62,231 nucleotides of DNA. Source: a virus. The translations under genes were made by a program, and so were the position numbers. The notes beneath the pieces are model-generated. The model did not search any database and was not told the DNA's origin. It saw only the letters and a list, made by a program, of their open reading frames with translations. Location: positions 1-62,231 of IMG/VR virus record IMGVR_UViG_3300010348_000458; one strand, 5' to 3'. The first letter of the stretch is position 1, and every line of letters starts with the position of its first letter. Shown piece after piece: positions 19,609 through 27,769 of this stretch.

Positions 19609-19994
19609 TTTATCCCCCGAATGGTAACAGACGGTTCTCCGGTTTTCATCGCCCCCTTGATTTCCGGGTGAGCCAACGCAAGCCCCTTCAACATCGTTGA
19701 GTCCCACGTATCACGCCCCTTGTTATATACCGCCATCAAGGTTGTTCCCTTGATGGTTTCACCAAGCGTAATCACCATGGACTTTATCTCTTCCGATAGT
19801 TTCGCTTCCAGTTCGCGCAACTTCCCAATGGGATCAAGATACTGCAACTCAATCCGGTCAATCTCCGCCATGACCGGCTTCATCGCTTCGCGAATTGCCG
19901 CCTGCCTTTGCGCCTCCATGTCGCTGATTTTCTGGCGCAACTCTGAAAGATTATCCAGTTTGGCTTGAATTTCATTTGCTTCCATTGTTTCCAT
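19605..19994 (-). CDS. Hypothetical coiled-coil protein
   Basis: ATG 19994 with an AAAGGAGAA RBS. Confidence 0.5.
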   Translation of the reverse strand: METMEANEIQAKLDNLSELRQKISDMEAQRQAAIREAMKPVMAEIDRIELQYLDPIGKLRELEAKLSEEIKSMVITLGETIKGTTLMAVYNKGRDTWDSTMLKGLALAHPEIKGAMKTGEPSVTIRGIK

Positions 19995-20418
19995 TGTTCT
20001 TGTTCTCCTTTTCAAAAAATTTTATCATGATGTCTAGGGCTTCCCCGGAGTCCACCATGTTTGTCGTGAAATTAAACTGCTTCCATCCAGCCATCGTGGT
20101 TCGGTTGAGCTTGCGACAATCTCTGGTAATACCGTTTCCGGTGTTATGACCGGATTTTCGCATCCATACCCCACCCTGCAATTCTACCACGAGTCGATGA
20201 TCCTCCCAGCCAAAATCGTATGGAGAACGCCGATACTCTTTCAGCCGATATTGCGGAGTTGGTTCCGGCAACCCAGCAACCCGCAACTGCCACAAGAATT
20301 TTCTTTCCAGGTCGGTTTCGCATCCAGCAAACGCATCGTCACCAACCAACGCGGAAGGGTCTATCACAATTTCCCGCCTTGACCGTGGGCGGCGGTGAGG
20401 ATTACTCTTTCGCACCAT
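19972..20418 (-). CDS. Putative PD-(D/E)XK (Vsr/DUF559-like) nuclease
   Basis: Pattern YDFGW..HRLVVELQGGVW...H.....D..K.N....GW. Weak assignment made by eye. Confidence 0.45.
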   Translation of the reverse strand: MVRKSNPHRRPRSRREIVIDPSALVGDDAFAGCETDLERKFLWQLRVAGLPEPTPQYRLKEYRRSPYDFGWEDHRLVVELQGGVWMRKSGHNTGNGITRDCRKLNRTTMAGWKQFNFTTNMVDSGEALDIMIKFFEKENKNNGNNGSK

Positions 20419-20821
20419 TCCTGATACCTCGCTCAATATCAGCCGTTGCTTTTTCCACCGCCGCCTCCACGATGTCAAATGGCTGTCCCGTCAGTCTTTC
20501 CAAGGCATGAGCCGCATTGAACAAAACAACCTGACAATCAGCCAGTTCTTGCCTGATTCTATCCATTCCGCCCTTGCGAATGGATGACCCCCAACGGTCT
20601 CTCGGCGCATCAAACTGAACACGCGCCGCACTTCCGGCATCCCGAATCAGATTCTGCAAATACCTGTCCCGATAATTTCCAGATAGGTCAATGCTGTCGG
20701 CAAGTTCCGCAAGTTCTTCCTGCAACTTCGCGCATTGACGCGCTAAAAATTGCACGTCCGACCAGCCATCCAGATACCCGCGCCTGGCGGTTGCCTCTGC
20801 TACCTTCTGTTGTGGCTTCAT
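20402..20821 (-). CDS. Putative MazG-like nucleotide pyrophosphohydrolase
   Basis: 139 aa, apparently all-helical, with LQEELAELADSI and a later E/D-rich helix. Low-confidence family call. Confidence 0.4.
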   Translation of the reverse strand: MKPQQKVAEATARRGYLDGWSDVQFLARQCAKLQEELAELADSIDLSGNYRDRYLQNLIRDAGSAARVQFDAPRDRWGSSIRKGGMDRIRQELADCQVVLFNAAHALERLTGQPFDIVEAAVEKATADIERGIRNGAKE

Positions 20822-20910
20822 AAAATTCCTCCGGGAATGGATGTATTGGAAGGCGCGTATAAAATCGCCTTCCCGGTTTCCACGTTACGGACTCCAATCA
20901 TTCCGTTTAC

Positions 20911-22200
20911 CGTCAACTACCACCCGCTAAAGCGGGTGGCTTGTCCCTGACGCCATCGCAGAAGTAGCGGCGGTGGTCGAGACGTTTGGCAGGTTGACTA
21001 CTGCCCGGCGAGCGATATTGCTCGCCGCGATGTGATCGGCAAATCCAGCAAATCCGCACGACACACAGGAGAACTGACTTTGAGTAGGGCGATTGCGTTT
21101 GTCTACGTGACCACAGGCGGGACAGGTGCGGGACGTATTACGAGGGTCTACAAAGACCACCGGAACACCCACGCGCTGCGCCTTGTAGGAGACAAACGAC
21201 CGGAGTTGGAAGAAAGACCAACTATGCAGCGTGGCGCGCTGGCGGCGACGAACCGTAACCCGCTGGCGAATGCCTTCGAGGTCTTCGAGAGCAATCGCCC
21301 GCTTCGTGTCTTTCGCCTTCGTCACAAGCTGCTTGGAGATAACGTGATTCACATTTCTGGCAAAGCGAGACTCTTTGCCGGACAACTGACGCAGCCGACG
21401 CCGCGCCGACTTGGTGCCTTTGCGCTGCAACTTGGCGCGCAGGCGGCGGTGACGTTGCCTGACGCTATTGACCTCACTGGACGAATGCACTTCACCGTCC
21501 GAGTCAACGGCGATATTCGTCACGCCCAAGTCAACGCCCAACGCGCCCTCAACGTCAATCGGTTCCGGTTCCTGCACTTCGCAGGTGGCAGACAGGAAGA
21601 ACGCGCCGCGGAACGTGACCAGATCGGTTTCGCCCTGGCGAGATTCCAGAAGCGCGCGCTGCCTCTCTCCACAGACGAACGGGATGTGCAAGCGACCCTC
21701 TACCGTCCAGATCGAGACAGTAGACTTGGCAAGCTGCCAGGAAAGGATACGGTCATCGTAGGCAATGCTCCCTGTGGACCGGAACATGCGCTTACTCTGA
21801 CGGTCGAGCTTGTAGGCATCGGCAACCTTGCCAATCACCCGCACGGCGACCTGAGCCGAAAGCCCGAATTGCGACCGGATAGCCTGATAGCACAGGTGAT
21901 GCAGGTCGTACTGCCGGAAGGTCTTGGTTTCCCACGCCGTATCACTCACAAACCGACAGGCGGCGTTGGCCTGTTCCAACGTCCGCTTGAGCGCGTCGGC
22001 TTGTTCGGGAGTAGGGAGCAGTTTGACTTGAGCTATCAGCTTCATGCCAATAATTATAGCACAAACACCCTAAAACTTCAAGTAGGGAAATCAGACCTTC
22101 TGGCATTCTTCGATGTATCGATTGTACCACGAAAGGAGGGAAGCGGCTTCCTCCACCCTTTGAAAGGGGGGGTTTCCGCCGCCGAACCTCATGAAAACCT
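20911..22200 (-). mobile_element. tnpB-only IS200/IS605-family element (approximate ends)
   Basis: Subterminal hairpins at both ends (CCACCCGC taaa GCGGGTGG at 20920-20939; GGAGGGAAGCGGCTTCCTCC and CCCTTTgAAAGGG at about 22135-22170). No tnpA. Confidence 0.6.
20927..22045 (-). CDS. tnpB: TnpB (RuvC-like RNA-guided nuclease family)
   Basis: 372 aa. N-terminal KLLPTPEQ...L. RuvC D (GVDLGVTNIAV), E (AIALEDLEGI), zinc ribbon CPACGH..CVSCG, D (FADHIAASNIARRA). Confidence 0.9.
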   Translation of the reverse strand: MKLIAQVKLLPTPEQADALKRTLEQANAACRFVSDTAWETKTFRQYDLHHLCYQAIRSQFGLSAQVAVRVIGKVADAYKLDRQSKRMFRSTGSIAYDDRILSWQLAKSTVSIWTVEGRLHIPFVCGERQRALLESRQGETDLVTFRGAFFLSATCEVQEPEPIDVEGALGVDLGVTNIAVDSDGEVHSSSEVNSVRQRHRRLRAKLQRKGTKSARRRLRQLSGKESRFARNVNHVISKQLVTKAKDTKRAIALEDLEGIRQRVTVRRRQRATLHSWSFFQLRSFVSYKAQRVGVPVVFVDPRNTSRTCPACGHVDKRNRPTQSQFSCVSCGFAGFADHIAASNIARRAVVNLPNVSTTAATSAMASGTSHPL

Positions 22201-22251
22201 CATACCCCAGCATAACCAGTAAATTGAGATACCTAGCGGCTTCCGTTTCCT

Positions 22252-22452
22252 TTACTTTTTTGTCTCCGCCAGAGCCTCAATTTCGCTTCCGAGCCGGTCA
22301 GATATGATTTCGGTGTCATCTGACTTGCACTCCACACATACCGCCGTTGGGTCACACGCAATACGTAGCGGTATCAACTTCGCAAAAACAACGCTACCGC
22401 AGTTAAAACAAAATGCGGTAACGATGACATCATCCTTTTTTATCTCGTCCAT
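22252..22452 (-). CDS. Small zinc-ribbon protein
   Basis: ATG 22452 with a GGAG RBS. CFNCG...CVEC. Confidence 0.45.
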   Translation of the reverse strand: MDEIKKDDVIVTAFCFNCGSVVFAKLIPLRIACDPTAVCVECKSDDTEIISDRLGSEIEALAETKK

Positions 22453-22637
22453 GGAATCTCCGCCGAACAAATGGCAATAAAAATTGCCATAAATATAACC
22501 ATCACAAAAAAGGCAATAAATCTCCATGCCCAAGACAGGTCTGCATCAATCGCCGCGCCAGAGGCGGTAATTGCCACGAAAAACGTGACAATCATACCAA
22601 TCACCTGCATTATTCGTAAAAAAATCCTTTTTTTCAT
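22440..22637 (-). CDS. Small membrane protein
   Basis: ATG 22637 with a GGAGGATAAG RBS. Two transmembrane helices. Confidence 0.5.
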   Translation of the reverse strand: MKKRIFLRIMQVIGMIVTFFVAITASGAAIDADLSWAWRFIAFFVMVIFMAIFIAICSAEIPWTR

Positions 22638-22729
22638 CTTATCCTCCAAAAATTACCTCCGCGCCGTTGTCCCGACTCAAAATCCGGGCTTGTTCGTGAT
22701 TACGTTAACCGCGCACGCGGAAGCGACTT

Positions 22730-22844
22730 TGGCGGTCAGGATTTGAGCCTGATTAGCATAATTTCTGGATTTCCCTGTTCGTCGTTATGATAGACGCCAT
22801 CGAGTTATGCTGCCGATTCACGTGTTCCCACCACGCCGCCGCCA
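22730..22844 (-). ncRNA. tRNA-like cloverleaf mimic, unit 2 (115 nt; not a canonical tRNA)
   Basis: Minus strand: TGGCGG / CG / GCGTG-GTGGGAA-CACGT / 7-bp AGCATAA...TTATGCT arm with a 43-nt insert / TCAGG-CTCAAAT-CCTGA / CCGCCA pairing with the 5' TGGCGG. Confidence 0.5.
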
Positions 22845-23101
22845 GCAAAAACCAGTATCGCCTGGCGATCCGTAGCTTGACAGCCACTACCACTCATTAC
22901 CCTCACACGGAGGAACGGATTCTTACTAGGCTGTCAGCCAGGTTCCCACTGGATGTTGCCTGTCAATCAATTGGTAAGGTACTAAATCCCGGTTACACTC
23001 TCCGGCTCGCCGTCTTTTCGCCTTTCGGTCGGGCTGCAACTTATGCCCTGCGGACGATGCTGATATCCCGATTTTCGACCAGCCTTTTATCATGGGCATG
23101 A

Positions 23102-23290
23102 TAGGCGGCCAGGATTCGAACCTGGTTATACCCGTTTCATACTGCCGCGCTATGCTCTCCTGGGCTTCGAAGGGTTTCCAGGGCTTCCAGCGTCCTCCCG
23201 CATATCTATCACCTGTGTTACCACAAGCCGGAGGACATCGACAATCGGTATTTGCGTATGTACCAGCGTGTTCCCACCACGCCGCCGCCA
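23102..23290 (-). ncRNA. tRNA-like element, unit 1 (189 nt)
   Basis: Starts with the same 24-nt module (23267-23290). Ends with CCAGG-TTCGAAT-CCTGG directly followed by CCGCCTA (GGCGG/CCGCC pairing). About 135 nt lies between the D-like and T arms. Confidence 0.45.
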
Positions 23291-23327
23291 AATCTGTTAC
23301 CAGCTTGTCAGCCAGTCGAGTTAAAGT

Positions 23328-23711
23328 TCAATGCCAAAATGCTTCGCCAAAATGCTTCTTTGCCGCCACCAACGCCCATCGCAGTTCATCGGCAAACTCA
23401 TTTCTTGGCAGAAATACATGACAGCCGTTAGCTGTAACGGCGTGGATTGCACCAATCCATTTTCGCAACGCCCGCAATTGACAGATTTTCAACTTCGACA
23501 AACCCGCAACATCCGGAGAGTCAAAATCGAACAGATATGCGATCAAAGTATGCCGGTCTCGCTCATCGAGACCTTGGTTCCGAAACTGCATGTATATTCC
23601 AGCTATCATCGTTTCCGGTTGCCCGGTTGTGTAAATTTCCTCACATTGAACCGCATAATCACGCAGGAATTTTTTTAATTCCTCTGGCTTCATGGCAACA
23701 TTTTCGCTCAT
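23328..23711 (-). CDS. Hypothetical protein
   Basis: ATG 23711 overlaps the upstream stop (ATGA coupling). Confidence 0.55.
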   Translation of the reverse strand: MSENVAMKPEELKKFLRDYAVQCEEIYTTGQPETMIAGIYMQFRNQGLDERDRHTLIAYLFDFDSPDVAGLSKLKICQLRALRKWIGAIHAVTANGCHVFLPRNEFADELRWALVAAKKHFGEAFWH

Positions 23712-23908
23712 CTTACCCTCCGCTTGTTGTGCATGTCCAGTTCTTCTGCAAGGATTATCGCGTCTTGCAGTTCGTTCATTTGCTTTTCCAGACGGAGCAA
23801 CACCCCGTCCGGTTTGCCCTGCTTGTAGGCTATACGGTATTCCCGGCAAGCCTCTTCATAAGAGGCTCGCAACGCCGCCAAGCCACTCTTGCGCTTATTT
23901 TTGGGCAT
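23708..23908 (-). CDS. Hypothetical protein
   Basis: 66 aa, coupled by overlap in the operon. Confidence 0.45.
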   Translation of the reverse strand: MPKNKRKSGLAALRASYEEACREYRIAYKQGKPDGVLLRLEKQMNELQDAIILAEELDMHNKRRVR

Positions 23909-24140
23909 GATACTTTCTCCTCGCCTCCCTTAACTTCTTATCAAGAGATAGCATCGCGTTCAATTTGAACGCGACGTTATTTTGGCTTTCTTCCGTTGGA
24001 TTCGCCTCGTGCTGGTCACTGGCTTCATTGAACGCCACAACCGCATTCTCAAACTCTATCTCCAAAGCGGAAATTTCAGCGGGCTTTCTTCGATAATGCC
24101 CATCCTTCTTATTTTCCTCGTCCAACGTGTACCAGTCCAT
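23895..24140 (-). CDS. Hypothetical protein
   Basis: 81 aa with an ACGGAGGAAG RBS. An operator/promoter lies at 24162-24204. Confidence 0.5.
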   Translation of the reverse strand: MDWYTLDEENKKDGHYRRKPAEISALEIEFENAVVAFNEASDQHEANPTEESQNNVAFKLNAMLSLDKKLREARRKYHAQK

Positions 24141-24159
24141 GCTTCCTCCGTTTTTTTAT

Positions 24160-24435
24160 TTATTCTACGGGGTTTTCGAACTGTTGACTAGTGTCATTTG
24201 TCATGTTTTTTATAATACTTTCGCCCCACTCTTTCAGCTCCGTTGCCAGCTTATTTCGCAACCGAATCACTTCGGCATATAAGTCAGCAATCCTGCTGGT
24301 ATCCTCATACCTGGCGATTGTATTCGCGTTTTCCATCGCCCGTTGATATGCGCGTTCTGCAATTGCGCAATTCCGGGCGGTTTCCCGAATATACTCCGGC
24401 ACGTGCCGAGAAATGTCAACGACTTTTGGTTCCAT
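24160..24435 (-). CDS. Hypothetical protein
   Basis: 91 aa ORF. Confidence 0.5.
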   Translation of the reverse strand: MEPKVVDISRHVPEYIRETARNCAIAERAYQRAMENANTIARYEDTSRIADLYAEVIRLRNKLATELKEWGESIIKNMTNDTSQQFENPVE

Positions 24436-24628
24436 CTAATCGTATCCCAACAGCACCAGGATTCCCATGATAATCGTCATGGCTATCGCAAAAATCCACC
24501 ATCCCATGATCCCTCATTTCTACGGCTTTTCGCCGTTGCTGAAACTTGATTTCCAACAACCCCACCCGCACCGCTTCCGGCACGGGCGGGGTTTCTGGAC
24601 GGCTAATCAACACCGCTTTTTTCGTCAT
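24416..24628 (-). CDS. Hypothetical protein
   Basis: 70 aa ORF overlapping its neighbours. Confidence 0.4.
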   Translation of the reverse strand: MTKKAVLISRPETPPVPEAVRVGLLEIKFQQRRKAVEMRDHGMVDFCDSHDDYHGNPGAVGIRLDGTKSR

Positions 24629-24945
24629 GCCACCTTACCAAGTCTCTTGAAGTATTCCTGCCAAATGTGACGGCGGAATATTTTGGACTTGCAAAAATCA
24701 TGCTTGCCGTTTAGAAGGGCGCGGGTTAATGCAATCTTGCGCCCGCTCGCCTTGCTCCAAACTCCATGCCGCAAGTCGTTTGGGTGAACAATACACGACC
24801 CCTTCGCTATCTCAACCCATCTGTTGTTAATCTGGATTGAGATGACAGCGACAGTTGCGGGGCGCGGTTCCGGTTCATCGCAAAGCAACCTCACATGGAC
24901 AAAATTTACCTCCACCGGAACTCCCAGGTAATTGGTCGTAAACAT
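24625..24945 (-). CDS. Hypothetical protein
   Basis: 106 aa, ATGA-type coupling. Confidence 0.5.
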   Translation of the reverse strand: MFTTNYLGVPVEVNFVHVRLLCDEPEPRPATVAVISIQINNRWVEIAKGSCIVHPNDLRHGVWSKASGRKIALTRALLNGKHDFCKSKIFRRHIWQEYFKRLGKVA

Positions 24946-25607
24946 TACGCCTCCAACCTTACTACGTTCCGATATGGCTTTCCAGCGGAATTCATTTTAT
25001 CGCTGTTGCGCCAATAGGCGTTGAAACTTACCGGATACTCCGTTGCAACCATGAAGTGTTCCGGAGTCCATCCACCAATCGCGCCAAAAAGATTTGCCAA
25101 CGAATCCGGCGTCATCACACTGGACAAGTCGGCGTATTTCCGACCCGCCCCAAAAAACTCCACCTTGCTCTTTCCGTCCGTCCTGGGCGTTACCAGGACT
25201 TTGACAACCCGAATAACGCCACCTTCGGGCTGGTTCTCGTTCTCCTGAACGGGTTGAGAGGGCGCAGGTGCAGGTGCAGGTGCAGCGGCGGAATTGGTTA
25301 CATTGGGGTTCGGTTGATTCGTCACTGGCGCGGGGCGATTCGGGGTTTGCGGCGACAGCGGGTTAAACGGTTTGAGGTGATAAACCTCATTGGCATACCG
25401 CATCCCGGCAATGATTTGGTCAATCGCTCCCTGAACCGTCTCTGCACGCGCAGTGACGTTGATTTTGAACGCCTCCCGGCGTTCCGTTGCAGAGTCTGTA
25501 ACCGTCCCCCACAACTCCATAAAAGCCACGCCTCCCGCCTCGGGGAGGTAGCTCGGAGTTTCAATGGACTCAACGGACTCAATCGGTGTTTCTTTTTCTT
25601 CTGACAT
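24945..25607 (-). CDS. Hypothetical protein with a central Pro/Ala-rich linker
   Basis: 220 aa with an AAAGGAAC RBS. Two domains joined by PAPVTNQPNPNV..APAPAPAP. Confidence 0.6.
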   Translation of the reverse strand: MSEEKETPIESVESIETPSYLPEAGGVAFMELWGTVTDSATERREAFKINVTARAETVQGAIDQIIAGMRYANEVYHLKPFNPLSPQTPNRPAPVTNQPNPNVTNSAAAPAPAPAPSQPVQENENQPEGGVIRVVKVLVTPRTDGKSKVEFFGAGRKYADLSSVMTPDSLANLFGAIGGWTPEHFMVATEYPVSFNAYWRNSDKMNSAGKPYRNVVRLEA

Positions 25608-25638
25608 TTTTTAGTTCCTTTCTTTTGAATTGGTTTGA

Positions 25639-25767
25639 GGTGAACTACCACCCGCTGAAGCGGGTGGCTTCCTGGTTCGATGAGCGAGTAATCCCACTCT
25701 CCCCAGACGTATGCGTTCCTGGCGTTCCACCAGTACGTTCGGCACAGCCGAAAATCTCAATATTTAT
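25639..25767 (-). ncRNA. Orphan copy of the tnpB-2 3' end / right end (omega-RNA-like scaffold)
   Basis: 129 bp matching 60439-60567 with 1 mismatch, in reverse orientation. Homology stops exactly at the element end ...GGTAGTTCACC. Confidence 0.6.
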
Positions 25768-25780
25768 TTGAGATAAATTG

Positions 25781-25824
25781 ATTTTAGCACTATCCCGCTA
25801 AAATTACAATATGACATTTGTCAC
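25781..25824 (-). promoter_or_regulatory. Promoter TTGTAA-N17-TAAAAT with upstream operator gtgacaaatgtcat
   Basis: Hexamers at 25804-25809 and 25781-25786. Operator at 25811-25824. The predicted start lies about 7 nt upstream of the orphan scaffold. Confidence 0.55.
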
Positions 25825-25827
25825 TAT

Positions 25828-26823
25828 TTAACGGTTCCATCTGGCATCCGCACCCGCCTGGCGGGTTTCCATTTCGTCCAGCCGGTTGTAAATCGGGTCA
25901 AACTTAACCCAATAATGGACATTATCCATTCCCATCTTTTGTTTAAGGATAGATATTACCATCTGGTTGCTTCCAACAACATCCCGCCCCAAAAACTTTT
26001 CCCCCTCATTCCGATATTTGCGGGGACGCACAAGGCTAAACACCTTGTCGCTGGATTGTTCACAATTGGATGTCCATTGACCATCATCCAGACCGGGAAC
26101 GGGTTCATCCCTTGCATCAACTTCCCGTCGCGCTTGTACCCCCACCACAAACGGACATCCAAACGCAAGCGCACCATCTTTCAGGCGGTCTAAAATATCA
26201 CTGGTTGCAATCGCCTTGCTTTCAACCCTTCCCTCCGCTGGAATGCGTTGCAGGTAATCTATAAAGACCATGTCAATAATCTTGCCATAGTCATCCTCGA
26301 TTTTCCGTAATGCCTCCGCCAACGTTGTAACATTCATGGCTGGACGCTTCTTCCTGCGTTCCAGGCTGTGACCAATAAACCATAACGGTTGTAAGATTCG
26401 GTCAACCCCGGAACGAAGAATCCGGCTCCATTCATCGTCCGAAATCTCACCACGCGCCATGTTGGTAACGGACAGTTGTTCGTCTGCGGCAACCATGAAG
26501 CTGTGCAATTCCTCAACAGATTGCTCCCATGTCGCATATACGACAATATGATTTTCGGCGTTGGCGCGCTCCGAAATTTGATTCGCCCACCAGCGCGCCC
26601 ACCGCATCATAAACCCGGTCTTTCCACCGCCGGGTCGTGCAATAATGCTAATCAGTTCACCCGGCAACAACGGCAACATGGTTTTGTCGAGCGTTGGTAG
26701 CCCCAACGGTATCGCCAATGCGGTTTTGTCACGCTTCCCTTTCAGGTAGGCGGTTCCAGCGTTGGATGCCTGTTCCGGCGTGAAAATCAAATCTTCCGCG
26801 TTCGTATCAGCCAGCATAATCAT
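25828..26823 (-). CDS. DnaB-like replicative helicase (RecA-fold C-terminal domain)
   Basis: Walker A ARPGGGKTGF and Walker B MVFIDYLQ. 331 aa. Confidence 0.8.
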   Translation of the reverse strand: MIMLADTNAEDLIFTPEQASNAGTAYLKGKRDKTALAIPLGLPTLDKTMLPLLPGELISIIARPGGGKTGFMMRWARWWANQISERANAENHIVVYATWEQSVEELHSFMVAADEQLSVTNMARGEISDDEWSRILRSGVDRILQPLWFIGHSLERRKKRPAMNVTTLAEALRKIEDDYGKIIDMVFIDYLQRIPAEGRVESKAIATSDILDRLKDGALAFGCPFVVGVQARREVDARDEPVPGLDDGQWTSNCEQSSDKVFSLVRPRKYRNEGEKFLGRDVVGSNQMVISILKQKMGMDNVHYWVKFDPIYNRLDEMETRQAGADARWNR

Positions 26824-27769
26824 CTCCCTCGCTTTCCGTAAAATCCGTGGTGCTGATTCTTTTCGCAGAAGTCCTGTTCACGGCGCGCATATCAAGAATC
26901 GTTTTTGTCAACGAACGCGGACTTCCGATTGTAATTCCAGATTGGCGAAGTTTGCCAACCGCCGCTTGAATTTCCTCAACCTTTACCTGCTGGGTTTGCC
27001 ACTCCAAATAAAACTTTGTCCAGGCAACCCTTTCTGATGGCAACGACTCCCTTCCCGTTGCCTTCACAAACGCATTGTGTAATCCCCATAATGACTCATA
27101 TAGCCAGGATGGGTTGTAATCCGACACGCCGCTCGCCCGGCGTTCCATCTCCCCCTTTCGTATAGCCTCCAAAACGCGCGGGTTTTTCACCTCCCTGCCC
27201 ATTCCGATAATTTCCCATGTCGAAACTGGTGGATTTTGCGATTCATCACCGACAAGGAAATCAGTTTCTTCTGCCGGTTCATCTTCATTTTCAACGATTG
27301 GCGTATTTGTTGTAATCTCTGTTGTAATATCTGTTAATGATTTCGCGGGAATCGCGATATCGTTTTCGCGATAATCGCGAAAACGATTTTGCGAAATTGC
27401 AATTATCCTATTCGCGATTTCTTCCAAATTGGGTTTGTAATGGGTTGTCGGGTTCCCGTTCGCCTTCTTCACCTTCGTCTCCAACAATCCCATGACGACC
27501 AACCGCTTGACGGCGCTTCGGAATTTATAATCACCCATGGCAACTTCATCCGCAAACTCTGCGGTCGTTTTCCAGAACCATCCATCTTCAGCCCTGGACC
27601 GGCTGCTCCAATAGATGCATTGAGATATAATCAATGCCGTTTCAATATCCCCGGTCATTTCAATGAATATCCTTGGGACTACGAGTAAGTTTAACTGTCC
27701 AGATACAGCTTCAATCAACCCAAAAATTTCTTTTTGATTATCCACTCTTCCTCCGTTTTGATGGTGCAA
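26807..27769 (-). CDS. Putative replication initiator / replisome organiser (winged-helix N-terminus)
   Basis: 320 aa, between primase and helicase. N-terminal wHTH-like segment. Contains a TCGCGA-rich palindrome cluster. Confidence 0.45.
   Translation of the reverse strand: MHHQNGGRVDNQKEIFGLIEAVSGQLNLLVVPRIFIEMTGDIETALIISQCIYWSSRSRAEDGWFWKTTAEFADEVAMGDYKFRSAVKRLVVMGLLETKVKKANGNPTTHYKPNLEEIANRIIAISQNRFRDYRENDIAIPAKSLTDITTEITTNTPIVENEDEPAEETDFLVGDESQNPPVSTWEIIGMGREVKNPRVLEAIRKGEMERRASGVSDYNPSWLYESLWGLHNAFVKATGRESLPSERVAWTKFYLEWQTQQVKVEEIQAAVGKLRQSGITIGSPRSLTKTILDMRAVNRTSAKRISTTDFTESEGDDYAG
27353..27385. repeat. 33-bp sequence shared with 60567-60599 (1 mismatch), including a 25-bp palindrome
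   Basis: cgcgatatcgttttcgcgat[a/t]atcgcgaaaacg. The arms cgttttcgcgat / atcgcgaaaacg are perfect. Confidence 0.9.

Noticed and set aside
21032-22222. 396-aa ORF antisense to tnpB-1
   Set aside because: It is a shadow ORF opposite a well-supported TnpB gene. Its composition is Arg/Gly/Leu-rich and it has no motifs.
23101-23130. Canonical tRNA gene suggested by GGTTCGAATCC on the minus strand
   Set aside because: There is no standard-length partner. The D-like arm has a 5-bp stem, the anticodon arm is missing or greatly expanded, and the acceptor stem is only 5-6 bp. It is reported instead as a tRNA-like ncRNA.
22821-23290. The 24-bp direct repeats as attL/attR of a small integrated element
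   Set aside because: Each repeat fits as the 5' half of a tRNA-like fold that pairs with a downstream T-arm/acceptor segment. No recombinase gene is present.
22650-23330. tmRNA (one-piece or permuted)
   Set aside because: There is no GGGG...G3:U70-type acceptor, no plausible tag reading frame ending in hydrophobic residues plus a stop, and the 5' motif only loosely resembles the tmRNA TTCGAC-GGGAT region. A model search could still overturn this.
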